A stretch of 64,000 nucleotides of DNA. It comes from a virus (Duplodnaviria > Caudoviricetes). The stretch lies in IMG/VR virus record IMGVR_UViG_3300033121_001571; one strand, written 5' to 3'. The translations under genes and the position numbers were made by a program. Below, piece by piece: positions 18,246-27,516 of this stretch. Under the pieces are notes generated by a model. That model searched no databases and was not told where the DNA came from. It saw only the letters and a list, made by a program, of their open reading frames with translations. Within the stretch, counting starts at the first letter, position 1; every line of letters starts with the position of its first letter.

Positions 18246-18599
18246 CTAATCAATCTTAATGAACTTTGTGGGTGACTTCCGGCGTACGCCACCCATCCAG
18301 TCTTCCACTTTCATGTTCCTGAGCCACTTCTCAGGCGTGGGAATGAAGCCAAGATCTTCAATCACGTGGTCTTCACCCAAGTCTCTGACGCAGACTTTTC
18401 GTCCGTCACTGTTCGTGATCGTCGGACCAAACACGCGCTCGAGCACGAAGATGCCGAACGTGGAGTGAAGCAGAGCTCTGTGACGAGTGTCAGCGAGAGT
18501 CGCTTTCGACGAGTCGAAGAAATCGTGAACGGCTTGGTAGTCTTCCGGAACTCCACCGTACTTCTTGGCAGAGTTCTTCGCGTGTTGGTACGGTTTCAT
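18246..18599 (-). CDS. DUF6915-like protein
   Basis: MKPYQHA..SAKKYGG, HDFFDSSK, HRALLHS, GEDHVIEDLGFIP. Confidence 0.8.
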   Translation of the reverse strand: MKPYQHAKNSAKKYGGVPEDYQAVHDFFDSSKATLADTRHRALLHSTFGIFVLERVFGPTITNSDGRKVCVRDLGEDHVIEDLGFIPTPEKWLRNMKVEDWMGGVRRKSPTKFIKID

Positions 18600-18606
18600 T
18601 GCCCTC

Positions 18607-18801
18607 TCAGAGGAGACGTTTTCGTATCGCTAGCGCGTCTGCAGCAACGTCTTTGCTCGCTCGCAGCTCGTCGAGAGCAAGACGGTACGCTTCGGAGTAC
18701 TCCGGGTGCTCACAGATCTTGATCAACCTGTGCTTGTGTTCTGGCGCAAACTGCAGAGCGCCAAGCAAGTAGAGCAAAGACGTTTTTTCTTTGTCGTTCA
18801 T
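18607..18801 (-). CDS. hypothetical protein
   Basis: Promoter GTGTAC-17-TAGAGT upstream. Confidence 0.65.
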   Translation of the reverse strand: MNDKEKTSLLYLLGALQFAPEHKHRLIKICEHPEYSEAYRLALDELRASKDVAADALAIRKRLL

Positions 18802-18866
18802 GGCGCACGCGGTTCGGAGCAAGTGCTCCGAACCGTGACTCTACCCTTTCTGAGAGAGACGTACAC

Positions 18867-19148
18867 TCAGTACAGAGGAAAGTCTTCGACCTTGTAGACC
18901 CTCAGGGGTTCGCAGAACCACATGCACTCGTTGAAGTGCTCGAGTGCATCACGCACTTCGTCCTCCTGCAGGAGCTCACCGTCGACCCCTCGCTTTCGAA
19001 GCACTCGAGCGTTGCGCTCCATCACGAGACGCTCTGCGTCGGAGAGCGACGGGAGCACACCGATGAACCTGACCTCACGATCCGAAGTGGGATCGAGATC
19101 TTCCGAAAAGACGATCGTCATTTCCGAGTTGTTGGAGGTGTTGTCCAT
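18867..19148 (-). CDS. hypothetical protein, leaderless
   Basis: GTGAAT-17-TAGAAC-6-ATG (19183..19146). Confidence 0.8.
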   Translation of the reverse strand: MDNTSNNSEMTIVFSEDLDPTSDREVRFIGVLPSLSDAERLVMERNARVLRKRGVDGELLQEDEVRDALEHFNECMWFCEPLRVYKVEDFPLY

Positions 19149-19179
19149 GAACTAGTTCTACCCTCAAGAGGGAAGAGAT

Positions 19180-19395
19180 TCACTCCGCCGCGAGCGCAAA
19201 CGTGTAACAACAGTGCCACCTGACTAACTCAGGATTGGGTGAAAACTTAAGTACGAGCAGGAAGCCATCACTCATGGCGCGCAAGTACATACCAGTGACA
19301 AAATCAAAGTTAATGACGTTATATGCTACGATATCACCCACTCGGGCGTCATCAGGATTAAAGGCTGGTATGTGCTTGCGCGAGCTTATCACCAT
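19180..19395 (-). CDS. xGD-family small protein (central satellite cluster)
   Basis: ARVGDIVAY. Confidence 0.65.
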   Translation of the reverse strand: MVISSRKHIPAFNPDDARVGDIVAYNVINFDFVTGMYLRAMSDGFLLVLKFSPNPELVRWHCCYTFALAAE

Positions 19396-19494
19396 TCACC
19401 TAGAACGGTTCTCTGTCACTTCTCAGTGACCCACGAATATCTTTCAATGACTTAGGGTGGGTACCTATGGCTTAAACCCAAGTGTGTTTGTGGG

Positions 19495-19683
19495 TCACTC
19501 TGTGGGTTTGCACAGGTGTGCACACCACTCGCCCGACCAGTAACTGACTTTCCCAGTTGGGAGTTCTATCACTATGTACTGTGGATATCGAAGAGGTCGA
19601 TAGACAACTCCTGCAACAAGCGCTACGTACTCGCGACTGAGGTTAGTCGCGTGGTAAACCAGGTCGCCGACTGAGATCTTCAC
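19495..19683 (-). CDS. xGD-family small protein
   Basis: ISVGDLVY. Confidence 0.7.
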   Translation of the reverse strand: MKISVGDLVYHATNLSREYVALVAGVVYRPLRYPQYIVIELPTGKVSYWSGEWCAHLCKPTE

Positions 19684-19894
19684 GCTTAGAGATCACTTTC
19701 ACGAAGTCGTTCCTAAAGATCCAGATGACTTTGCATGAAGACGTTAAGACAATGTAGTCAAACACGCTCTTCACGTAAGAAGGTCGCGTTAACACGACTC
19801 CTATGTGATCTGGAGCACCGTAACCGTCATAGTCGGCAAGGTCTTCATCTAGACACCAGACTGCAACCAGATCGCCGACTTTGACCTCTTTCAT
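19643..19894 (-). CDS. xGD-family small protein
   Basis: MKEVKVGDLVAV, IGVVL. Confidence 0.7.
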   Translation of the reverse strand: MKEVKVGDLVAVWCLDEDLADYDGYGAPDHIGVVLTRPSYVKSVFDYIVLTSSCKVIWIFRNDFVKVISKREDLSRRPGLPRD

Positions 19895-20190
19895 TTCACT
19901 GTGCTCTCTTGAGCAGAGAGCTTCACTCTTGAGTTCTTCAAGTGCTTCTGACACTCTTCCAGAGAGTCATTGCAAAGGGCTGCTAATAGCTTCACTCCCA
20001 AGCAATTATCTGCGTGGTACGGAAGCTCCATACGACCGGAGTTCCAAGACATGCAACAGAACGCGCACGTCCGCCACAACGAATGCTCCTGGTAATCGTC
20101 GACTTGCTCGAGCAGACACGGAACAGTGTTCCGAAGTTCCTCGATTGAGGAGGAGTCTGGAAAGAAGAGAATGTTCTTGTGAAGGATCAC
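19891..20190 (-). CDS. hypothetical protein with CxxC/HxxxC
   Basis: CAFC, HADNC; coupled. Confidence 0.6.
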   Translation of the reverse strand: MILHKNILFFPDSSSIEELRNTVPCLLEQVDDYQEHSLWRTCAFCCMSWNSGRMELPYHADNCLGVKLLAALCNDSLEECQKHLKNSRVKLSAQESTVK

Positions 20191-20468
20191 TTCAGTGAGA
20201 TCTTGATCACGTCAGTTGGAATGCCCTTCCACCCGTCTGTTGGGTGAAAGAAGACTGTTGCTACGGTGCCATTCCCAGCGACGAGACGTGGGCCCTTCGA
20301 GGTGAGAATCTTTCCGAACCGGATCTTCCCACCCAAGTACTTTTTGATCTTTGGGATCTCTATGTCCGGGAGACCCAACGCGCCAGATGAGGCGTACGTT
20401 GCAGCGGAAGCATCCAAGAACGCCTCTGCTGCTTTCTCTGAAATGATATTTGCTGTCTTGATCTTCAT
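20187..20468 (-). CDS. hypothetical protein
   Basis: Clean ORF. Confidence 0.65.
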   Translation of the reverse strand: MKIKTANIISEKAAEAFLDASAATYASSGALGLPDIEIPKIKKYLGGKIRFGKILTSKGPRLVAGNGTVATVFFHPTDGWKGIPTDVIKISLK

Positions 20469-20563
20469 TGCTCTCGGGTCTACGTATACGAGAGCAAGAG
20501 ATCGTTAACTGATGAAGCGTTTCTTGTCTTTCTTGTTAACTCTATCTTTCTTGAGAGAAGAGT

Positions 20564-20908
20564 TCACTCTGGCAAGAGACAACCGTTGTCAGACAACCAC
20601 TTCATATTCTTCTCGTACGTGGCAGCGTCTGCTTTGACGAAAGGAACACTCCCTGACCAGACCCACTCGTCTCCCATCCAGACGTATACGTCCATCACGT
20701 CTGTGAAAGCAGGTACGTTGCGCTTAGGAAGCACGCAGAACTCCCAAGCGTAGATGGGATTCTCCGACTTGTGCTTCTCACAGTGATCCACGAGATAAGC
20801 GTGGAAAGACTCGTACGCTCCGGGCCATTGCTTCCACATCTTCTCGATGTCGTCGAGACTGAGTCCTCTGTGGTTTAACATCTTTTTTCCTTGGGACTTG
20901 GTCTCCAT
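20564..20908 (-). CDS. hypothetical protein, leaderless
   Basis: GTGAAC-17-TAGATT-6-ATG (20943..20906). Confidence 0.8.
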   Translation of the reverse strand: METKSQGKKMLNHRGLSLDDIEKMWKQWPGAYESFHAYLVDHCEKHKSENPIYAWEFCVLPKRNVPAFTDVMDVYVWMGDEWVWSGSVPFVKADAATYEKNMKWLSDNGCLLPE

Positions 20909-21049
20909 GAACCCAATCTACCATTTCAAGGACGAAAGTTCACTCGTCCTCTTCGTCTTCTTTGCCGTAGTGAAACTCTGCGGCTTCGTCACCGTACATG
21001 CTGGCTAGCAGGGCAAATTAAGCGTTAAGGAAGGAGAGAAGAATCAAGC

Positions 21050-21273
21050 GCGGGCGCAACCCGCGTGAATAAATCCAGAGTCTGCATGACCTTGTCCCTT
21101 CTTCTCAGCACAGTTCGTCGTGGTGAGTGCTTTCTCTAGACGCTGGAAGCGAACAACTAGAGACAAGCGAGTTTCACTACATCTCACCTAAGAATTGCTC
21201 TAGGTGAGGAACAATGTCATGCGGGCGCAACCCGCGTGAATAAATCCAGAGTCTGCATGACCTTGTCCCTTCT
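21050..21273. repeat. Two identical 53-bp direct repeats with a hairpin, 118-bp spacer
   Basis: gcgggcgcaacccgcgtgaataaatccagagtctgcatgaccttgtcccttct at 21050-21102 and 21221-21273. Confidence 0.9.
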
Positions 21274-21356
21274 CCGTTTAGGAATAGACCAGGCCTTTGG
21301 CAACTGGTCCTTGTTGCATCACCACCTGACCAGAGTATACTCTGGTCAAGAGAACC

Positions 21357-21608
21357 TTACACCGAGGAGAAAACCTTCGCCAGGATCTCGTCGTGATCCT
21401 TCGTGGTCATCTTGAGCCACTTGTGGTACAACCCGCGGTGCTCGCGAGGGAAGTCGCTCAGCGAGAGCTGATCAGCAACGATTTCGCTCACCTCTTCGCT
21501 TCCGAAGCTCCCGTCGGAATCACCCGCATCGGAAGCGATTCCGCTCCAGACAGAGAGAAGAACTCGTTCGAGAACGTTGAACTCTTCCTTCGTCAGATTG
21601 ATTCCCAT
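21357..21608 (-). CDS. hypothetical protein, leaderless
   Basis: GTGTAT-17-TAGAAC-6-ATG. Confidence 0.8.
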   Translation of the reverse strand: MGINLTKEEFNVLERVLLSVWSGIASDAGDSDGSFGSEEVSEIVADQLSLSDFPREHRGLYHKWLKMTTKDHDEILAKVFSSV

Positions 21609-21684
21609 GAACTAGTTCTACCTCTTCTAGACCTGCGATACACTGCGAGTGCAGGGACCTTCGCGCGCTACGCGCGCGGGAGTT

Positions 21685-22002
21685 TCACTTCCACTCGCAA
21701 TCCCGGACCTTCTTGTCCACGGGACCCATGTTCATGGAGTGAGGCTCGCCACAGACGTACACCTTCTTGTGAAGAGGGACGTACGTCTTCTTCTTGTTGA
21801 CGCTCACGATGAGCTCGGGAAGCACGACGCTCGTCATCGGCGCAGCTTTCACTGCGGGAGGATCCTCGCGGTGATTCGTGGTCTTCTTGTTCTCCGAACG
21901 CAGAGCAGCGCTCTTCCTCTCCCAGCGAAGCTCGTCCTGAGCCTGCGACACTGCGGCGTACGAGAGAACCAGAGCGATGATGGAGAGTGCGGTGGTCTTC
22001 AT
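21685..22002 (-). CDS. exported/signal-peptide hypothetical protein, leaderless
   Basis: N-terminal signal peptide; GTGAAC-17-TAAAAC-6-ATG. Confidence 0.8.
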   Translation of the reverse strand: MKTTALSIIALVLSYAAVSQAQDELRWERKSAALRSENKKTTNHREDPPAVKAAPMTSVVLPELIVSVNKKKTYVPLHKKVYVCGEPHSMNMGPVDKKVRDCEWK

Positions 22003-22099
22003 GAACTAGTTTTACCCTTTAGGTGACGAAGGTTCACTCACTTTCTCGTCTTCTAGAACTAGAGTGTAACGTTTACGTAAACCAGAATAACATCTGTCC

Positions 22100-22312
22100 A
22101 TGCCCAGAAAAATGTCGGATGATTGTGGTGGTGATTTCGATGCAACGATCGAAAACATCTCCCGTCATCTTCAGGACGCAAGTTCCCTCCTGGATTTTCT
22201 GCACCTCCTCGAGGAAGAGAAGTGTGCAGGTTCACCGTTGTCTCAACGCCTCAGTGAACTTGCGTCCAAAACCGATCAAATCCTTTCTCACGTGAGCTTG
22301 CTTCGCAAGTAA
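22100..22312 (+). CDS. hypothetical protein
   Basis: GTGTAA-18-TAACAT-6-ATG from 22064. Confidence 0.6.
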   Translation: MPRKMSDDCGGDFDATIENISRHLQDASSLLDFLHLLEEEKCAGSPLSQRLSELASKTDQILSHVSLLRK

Positions 22313-22380
22313 CTCTGCTCAACTGAGCAGTGCAAGTCGCTGCTCAACGTTGTATAGTCTCTATACACAGGAGGTACCAG

Positions 22381-22899
22381 ATGTCAGTTGCGAAGTCTCC
22401 AGAACGTCAAGCGGCGATCGCTCGCCTCAACCAGAGAATCACAGAAGTGAATGCGCTCGCGGAGCAGCGATACGCAGAGGCTCTTCTCGAGTACCAGAAG
22501 AAGCCAATCTTCAGCTGCGACGAGAAAATCGCTCACGTAGTGAACGTCGACGTGGTCATGGACTATCTGCGACGATCTCCTTACAAGTACGTGACGTACG
22601 TCTTGAAGTGCACCACGTCGCCACATATCTGGAAGACGGATATTTGGCTGGAACCTCAGCCCATCCACAAGATCAAGAGCATCTCTGATCACGACTCTGT
22701 CATCGAAGAGTCGGTGGAAAACGAGATCCAGTGCTTGGTGCTTCAGCTGGAAAAAGAGACGTTTCTCCCACGCTTCAACACGGTGAACGCCTACCTCAAA
22801 GGCGTGTTCGAAGTCTATATCCGACAGGTAGACTACGAAGATCTCCGACGGCGTAATGCCACGCTGATGGAAATCGTCTCGTATCTCGAGAAAAAGTGA
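22381..22899 (+). CDS. hypothetical protein
   Basis: GTGCAA-17-TATAGT promoter, SD AGGAGG, ATG at 22381. Confidence 0.8.
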   Translation: MSVAKSPERQAAIARLNQRITEVNALAEQRYAEALLEYQKKPIFSCDEKIAHVVNVDVVMDYLRRSPYKYVTYVLKCTTSPHIWKTDIWLEPQPIHKIKSISDHDSVIEESVENEIQCLVLQLEKETFLPRFNTVNAYLKGVFEVYIRQVDYEDLRRRNATLMEIVSYLEKK

Positions 22900-23029
22900 G
22901 CGACTGGCTGGGGTGGATGGGGATGTGAAAGTCTCGTCCACCTGTTGTAGATCTAGGTCATGGACAACACCAGTGTAGAAAAGTTTCTTTCTTTTTGGAG
23001 GTCAAGATAGTTATAGTGCGAGGCGCTCA

Positions 23030-23521
23030 GTGAAAATCACCAAGAAACAGCTAGTCTCTCTCATCAGAGAGTCGATGTACAACACCAACACTCTCCAACG
23101 AATCAAAAATCTGGTCAAGGCGGAACGGGGCAGTGACTACGATGACGATTTCGATGACGAAGAAGAGATCGAAGTCTTCAAGCACCCGGTCATTCCAAAC
23201 GTCTACGGTGCAGTTGCAGGTAATAGCGGGTGGGTCATCTTCGATGGGAAAGATCCCACAGTTCTTCCTACCGAAGATGTCTCTTATGGCAAAGAGAACT
23301 TCTTCTTGGAAGTCACTATCGCCGCAGACGGTACGTGGTCTTATCCCGGCGAAGACTACAAGTTTCACTGTTTCAAAAAAGACAAAAACGGGAACTACGT
23401 TGCCACTCGGTTCCACGTCGGTGAAAAGGTTTACCCGGTGATCTTCCACGAGAACACCGCTGGTGGTTGGACTGTGTTCGATTCCACGGGAGAATACTCA
23501 GAATATTGGCAGTGTGAGTAA
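23030..23521 (+). CDS. possible virion/internal head protein (MKITKxQLxxLIxE N-terminus)
   Basis: N-terminal motif recalled from large-phage late proteins; followed by a terminator. Confidence 0.6.
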   Translation: MKITKKQLVSLIRESMYNTNTLQRIKNLVKAERGSDYDDDFDDEEEIEVFKHPVIPNVYGAVAGNSGWVIFDGKDPTVLPTEDVSYGKENFFLEVTIAADGTWSYPGEDYKFHCFKKDKNGNYVATRFHVGEKVYPVIFHENTAGGWTVFDSTGEYSEYWQCE

Positions 23522-23524
23522 GCG

Positions 23525-23552
23525 AAAAGGGCACTTTAGAGTGCCCTTTTTT
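23525..23552 (+). terminator. Intrinsic terminator
   Basis: aaaagggcact-ttag-agtgccc followed by a T tract. Confidence 0.8.
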
Positions 23553-23620
23553 TGTTTTCTAAACACAGAAAACTGTGAGAGTACACTCTCACAGTTTTCA
23601 TTTGTCTCTCAGCGTTGAGT

Positions 23621-24013
23621 CTATTTCTTGTTGACGATCAGGTCGTACCTGGGTACCATCAGCCCCATGAGCTCCCGCTTCTTCTTCCGCGTGGCAGCTG
23701 CTTTCTTGCCAGCTTCTCGGCGACGACGAGTGATCATTGCTTTCTCCGCTGCCTGGAGACGCTTCAGCTGATCACCAGGGATGGCGCGGAACTCGGCGAT
23801 CTTGATCGAAGATTTCTTCGAAGAAACAGCCTTAGCGTACGACTTCATGACACGGTTCGTGATGTACTCGTTCGCCCAGTACCATACCGCTTCCATCACC
23901 GGGCCCTCGAACCAATCCTCGATCTTGATCGAGAATCCTCGACGACCAGTCTTCGGCGACCTCGGGCGGTGAACAGAGACTACGTAAACCCTGTTGGATA
24001 CTGTGTTTTCCAT
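23621..24013 (-). CDS. basic hypothetical protein, leaderless
   Basis: GTGAAC-17-TAGATC-6-ATG; KKAAATRKKK. Confidence 0.8.
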   Translation of the reverse strand: MENTVSNRVYVVSVHRPRSPKTGRRGFSIKIEDWFEGPVMEAVWYWANEYITNRVMKSYAKAVSSKKSSIKIAEFRAIPGDQLKRLQAAEKAMITRRRREAGKKAAATRKKKRELMGLMVPRYDLIVNKK

Positions 24014-24044
24014 GAACTAGATCTACCCTTTCAAGAGAGAAGGT

Positions 24045-24389
24045 TCACGCGAAGTCTTCGTCGCCGACACTTTCCTCGAACACGTACGGAACACCAGGGA
24101 AGTACACGATCGTACCCAAGCCCATTGCGTCTTGGCACATGGAAGACAGGGCTTCTGCGATCTCTTCTGCGATGTCGGAACGATCGAACTCTTCGTTCTC
24201 TGAGAAATTGGCTGCACGAACACTACCATTGAAGAGCGCACGGAGAATCTCCGCGCAGAACACTCCGACGGTGTTGTAGATCACGATTCCGAGACACTCT
24301 TTCCCGTACATCCCTCGCCCAGAGTACGAGCGCGTGGTTCCGATTTCAGGGTCGAGTTCACAGATAATCTGCATCGGGTGCTTCTTCAT
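24045..24389 (-). CDS. conserved phage protein (YSGRGMYG motif), leaderless
   Basis: RSYSGRGMYGKECLG...DAMGLGTIVYFP. Confidence 0.8.
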   Translation of the reverse strand: MKKHPMQIICELDPEIGTTRSYSGRGMYGKECLGIVIYNTVGVFCAEILRALFNGSVRAANFSENEEFDRSDIAEEIAEALSSMCQDAMGLGTIVYFPGVPYVFEESVGDEDFA

Positions 24390-24706
24390 GGTCTAGTTCT
24401 ACCTCCTGTTGAGCAAAGGTTCACTCATGTGGCGCAGTGATCAAAGTCTTGAGTGATCTAACGCACAGCGTCGTACGAATCCAGATCCAGCGCGAGCGTC
24501 CGACCGCGAAGATCCTTCACTTCCTTGGCAGAAATGCCATACTTGTTGGTGATATCCTTCCCGATCATATCGTTGAGCTCTTCGACACTCATCTTCGTCA
24601 CGGGAACGAGAATCGAACCCTTGTAGGGACCGATTCGGTACGAGAACAGATGCAGCTTCTCGGTCATGGTCTAGTTTTACCTCCTGTTGAGCAAAGGTTC
24701 ACTCAA
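24387..24706 (-). repeat. Near-identical ~41-bp promoter repeats flanking ORF 24458..24667
   Basis: catggtctagtt(c/t)tacctcctgttgagcaaaggttcactca at 24387 and 24665. Confidence 0.9.
24458..24667 (-). CDS. hypothetical protein, leaderless
   Basis: GTGAAC-17-TAAAAC-6-ATG. Confidence 0.8.
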   Translation of the reverse strand: MTEKLHLFSYRIGPYKGSILVPVTKMSVEELNDMIGKDITNKYGISAKEVKDLRGRTLALDLDSYDAVR

Positions 24707-24902
24707 CACTCGTGCTAGCACGGAGATCCAGACCCGCACACACCAAGTGTTTCACACTCGTAGAATCAACGTCTACGACTGCTTCTTCTCTCACGAGAGT
24801 ACACGCCTTCTTAAACGACACTCCGACGTGCTGTTGCACTGCCTTGATCAAGGCAAACTTTGACATGAATGGCGCAAGAACCAACTTGACACGTTGAGTC
24901 AT
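24699..24902 (-). CDS. degenerate ribosomal L7/L12 C-terminal-like domain protein
   Basis: KFALIKAVQQHVGVSFKKACTLVRE resembles KIxxIKAVRxxTGxGLKEAKxLVE. Confidence 0.45.
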   Translation of the reverse strand: MTQRVKLVLAPFMSKFALIKAVQQHVGVSFKKACTLVREEAVVDVDSTSVKHLVCAGLDLRASTSVE

Positions 24903-24925
24903 GACTTTTCTTACTCCGAAGAGTT

Positions 24926-25051
24926 TCACAACGCGAAGAAGATCTTTCCCACGGAATACGCCATCATCCCCCACAGAAAGCAGAGGACGAGATCGATGCT
25001 CGTGTCACGACCAGAAGGTTCCTTCAACCACTCGATGACCTTGCTCTTCAT
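24926..25051 (-). CDS. 41-aa membrane peptide, leaderless (not in track)
   Basis: GTGAAG-17-TATATT-6-ATG; MKSKVIEWLKE...LVLCFLWGMMAYSVGKIFFAL. Confidence 0.6.
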   Translation of the reverse strand: MKSKVIEWLKEPSGRDTSIDLVLCFLWGMMAYSVGKIFFAL

Positions 25052-25206
25052 GGATCCAATATATCCTCCCCGCTCGAGGGCTTCACGTTGACTCAAGAAT
25101 ATTCTTCAGCGGGAAGATTATGGTTACTGCACAGAAAAAACAAAACTCCCTAGAGTGAATTCTAGGGAGTTTGTCGACTTGACGCTGACTTACGCTTGGG
25201 GCTTCA

Positions 25207-25581
25207 CTAGCGCTGCGGCGAAAGAATCCGCGCAGTGCGACACCCGTTGTTGAGAGTGAACGCTCCCGCACACTCGATGGGAATGATCTCAATCGACTTG
25301 TCACTCTTCTCGACGCTGACATTGCAGCTGACGTAACCGTCGCCGTCGCTGTCAGAGTTTGCACAAGTCACTCTGTTGGGACTCACACCCATCTCTGCGG
25401 ACCATGCTCGTGCAGCAGTGAGGGCTTGAGCGTGACTCCTGCCGCTTGCGGCTCCGATAGCGTTGCACCCCGCGGCGAGAACGATCAACGCAACCGTGGC
25501 TCCTCCGAGGAGCATGATCAAAAAAACCATCAAGCCGAAGACACGCTCGATGAGTTTGTCCATGTGACTGTCTGTCATCAC
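25207..25581 (-). CDS. membrane-anchored phage protein (DSDGDGYVSC motif)
   Basis: N-terminal TM helix, CANSDSDGDGYVSC. Confidence 0.75.
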   Translation of the reverse strand: MMTDSHMDKLIERVFGLMVFLIMLLGGATVALIVLAAGCNAIGAASGRSHAQALTAARAWSAEMGVSPNRVTCANSDSDGDGYVSCNVSVEKSDKSIEIIPIECAGAFTLNNGCRTARILSPQR

Positions 25582-25591
25582 TTGATTCTAC

Positions 25592-25861
25592 TCACTTAGC
25601 GGTGGAGTTGCACTGTCGGCTCTCGATCGCTGCTGCGACGAGGGCGTAGAGAGCACCCGCGGTGTAGCGGATGTACACTGCTTCTTCGGCCCTGTTATCG
25701 AGAGAAAATCTTGCGCCAGCATGCATGGCGTCATACACTGCGTCGAAAACCCTCCCTGAATTGACGACCCGCACCATTTCGACTGTGCGATACCAGTGCT
25801 CAGGGCGTCGGGAGGCGAAAATCCTCTTTGCTTCCTCGTGAGCCTCTTGCAAAACGTCCAT
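25592..25861 (-). CDS. hypothetical protein
   Basis: SD GGAGG. Confidence 0.7.
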   Translation of the reverse strand: MDVLQEAHEEAKRIFASRRPEHWYRTVEMVRVVNSGRVFDAVYDAMHAGARFSLDNRAEEAVYIRYTAGALYALVAAAIESRQCNSTAK

Positions 25862-25910
25862 CTCAGCCTCCGTAGAGAGACTCTACACCCCCAACGGTGA
25901 AGTTACACTC

Positions 25911-26234
25911 TCACAGACACTGTTTGTTAACGAAGTCTCTGAAAGCGTTTTTCGACGCGAGGTTATGAACCTCGACAGCCTTGAAGAAGTACTGTTTCTT
26001 ATAGCTATCGTCGGTAAAAACGAGCTCCAACGGAGCACCGTCTTCCACCCAGTAGGGCCACGAAGAGATCTGATCTCTTGCTTCACGTATGAGAGAACTG
26101 TGACCCAAAACAAGAAACTCCTCGGCGAGCTCTTTGGCTTTCGCAAAAGAATCCACCACGATGAAATCTTGGTAGTGAGTTTCGTCCGAACCACAGTATG
26201 GACGAAACCCGTACGTGATCAAAGTGAGTTGCAT
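25911..26234 (-). CDS. hypothetical protein
   Basis: Clean ORF in minus-strand run. Confidence 0.7.
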   Translation of the reverse strand: MQLTLITYGFRPYCGSDETHYQDFIVVDSFAKAKELAEEFLVLGHSSLIREARDQISSWPYWVEDGAPLELVFTDDSYKKQYFFKAVEVHNLASKNAFRDFVNKQCL

Positions 26235-26457
26235 GTTTTCTTTTCACTCACAGAAGTGAGAGTCCACTCCAAAAAAGTAACGAGAGAACATGAGCAACGG
26301 CGGCCGACGGCCACTCACGGCATGATCAATGCAATTGCAGTGTACCGAGAGCAGGGTTCTGGTCCTGATCGATGACTACAACCATCCTCTCGTCACTTTT
26401 TTGGAGTGAACTGTTGTCTCTTGATAAGAGAGATACTACCTCAAGCAGAGAGACAGT

Positions 26458-26688
26458 TCACTGCGGGTCAACACTAACGTAGAAAACGTGACCCTTTTCA
26501 CAGACATACGGAATCACGTTGTCATCCCAGGAGTACGAACCCGTGAGCTCTTCTCCGTAAACGACACCGATGTCTGTACCGAGCACGTAGCCCTCCAGAT
26601 CGGGATCGTTGAACTTGATCTTGTCTGTCCCGCACTCGGGGCAGCACTTCACTCCAAAGTCACTTGGAGTTTTCTTTTTCTTTCCCAC
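26458..26688 (-). CDS. Zn-ribbon hypothetical protein
   Basis: CPECG...CEKGH. Confidence 0.7.
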   Translation of the reverse strand: MGKKKKTPSDFGVKCCPECGTDKIKFNDPDLEGYVLGTDIGVVYGEELTGSYSWDDNVIPYVCEKGHVFYVSVDPQ

Positions 26689-26692
26689 GTGA

Positions 26693-26860
26693 TCAGTCGT
26701 CCTTCTGAGAGAGGAGCTTGTTCAAGCGCCTCTGAGCCCGAGCCGAACGGTTCTTCGCGTACATCTTCGCGGAGCTCTTGCCAGAGCACCCTCCCATGTC
26801 CTTCCCCAGAGTGATGTACTGAGCCACGCGAGCCTCGACCCGACGGATCTGCTTGACCAT
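26693..26860 (-). CDS. 55-aa basic peptide, leaderless (different frame from the track ORF)
   Basis: GTGAAA-17-TAGATT-6-ATG; MVKQIRRVEARV...ARAQRRLNKLL. Confidence 0.7.
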   Translation of the reverse strand: MVKQIRRVEARVAQYITLGKDMGGCSGKSSAKMYAKNRSARAQRRLNKLLSQKDD

Positions 26861-26920
26861 GAACCCAATCTACCACTCTACGCTCACAGTTTCACAGTTG
26901 CCTGTATAATAGGCTGTTGA

Positions 26921-27507
26921 AAACAGAGATGCCCACGGTGAAGTCACCGTGGGCATTCCTTATTTGCCTTCACGTAGTTTGAATTCTTTGGGCTCTGTGT
27001 AAGTTGCAGGAGAACCTTGTATGATAGTATCATGATCAGCCGCCGCGACGAAGTCCTCACTCTCCTCACCGCATTCCGCCATGGCTACCACACGAACGTG
27101 GCCAAGAGCGTGATGAACAACCGCGATGCTTGTGCCCTCATCCTTTGGAAGATGGGTCCTCAGACGAAGTCCCAACTCACCTCAATCCTCAATGCCTGGC
27201 GCGGAAAGCCTCGCGCGCAAACGTACCTCTTCAACTCGTCTCACTCTGGCGGGTATGGGTGCGTCGCTGTCGATCCCATGCAGCGTGGATGGACCATGTC
27301 AAACGACGGTTGGTCGGGCATCGTGCGTCAGCCCTCTCCGGGTTTCAAGACGTTCTTCCGTAGAACTTACTGGTATCGCATCTCCAAGGGAACCTACGCC
27401 CCCACCGCCGAGTGCACTAAGCGGATGGCCGAACTTGGTTTCATCTGAGTGAATTATCAAGAAACAAAGATGCCCACGGTGACTTCACCGTGGGCATTTC
27501 TTATTTG
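26921..27507. repeat. 46-bp terminator-hairpin direct repeats flanking gene 27032..27448
   Basis: aaaca(g/a)agatgcccacggtga..tcaccgtgggcatt.cttatttg at 26921-26966 and 27462-27507. Confidence 0.9.
27032..27448 (+). CDS. hypothetical protein (possible winged helix), paralog of 33771..34205, leaderless
   Basis: GTGTAA-17-TATGAT-6-ATG from 26997; LNAWRG and YWYRISKGTY. Confidence 0.8.
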   Translation: MISRRDEVLTLLTAFRHGYHTNVAKSVMNNRDACALILWKMGPQTKSQLTSILNAWRGKPRAQTYLFNSSHSGGYGCVAVDPMQRGWTMSNDGWSGIVRQPSPGFKTFFRRTYWYRISKGTYAPTAECTKRMAELGFI

Positions 27508-27516
27508 AGAGATTGT

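Noticed and set aside
20509-20530. Second hammerhead at ctgatga
   Set aside because: No matching GAAA core or flanking stems.
21050-21273. CRISPR mini-array
   Set aside because: Only two 53-bp repeats with a 118-bp spacer, and no cas genes.
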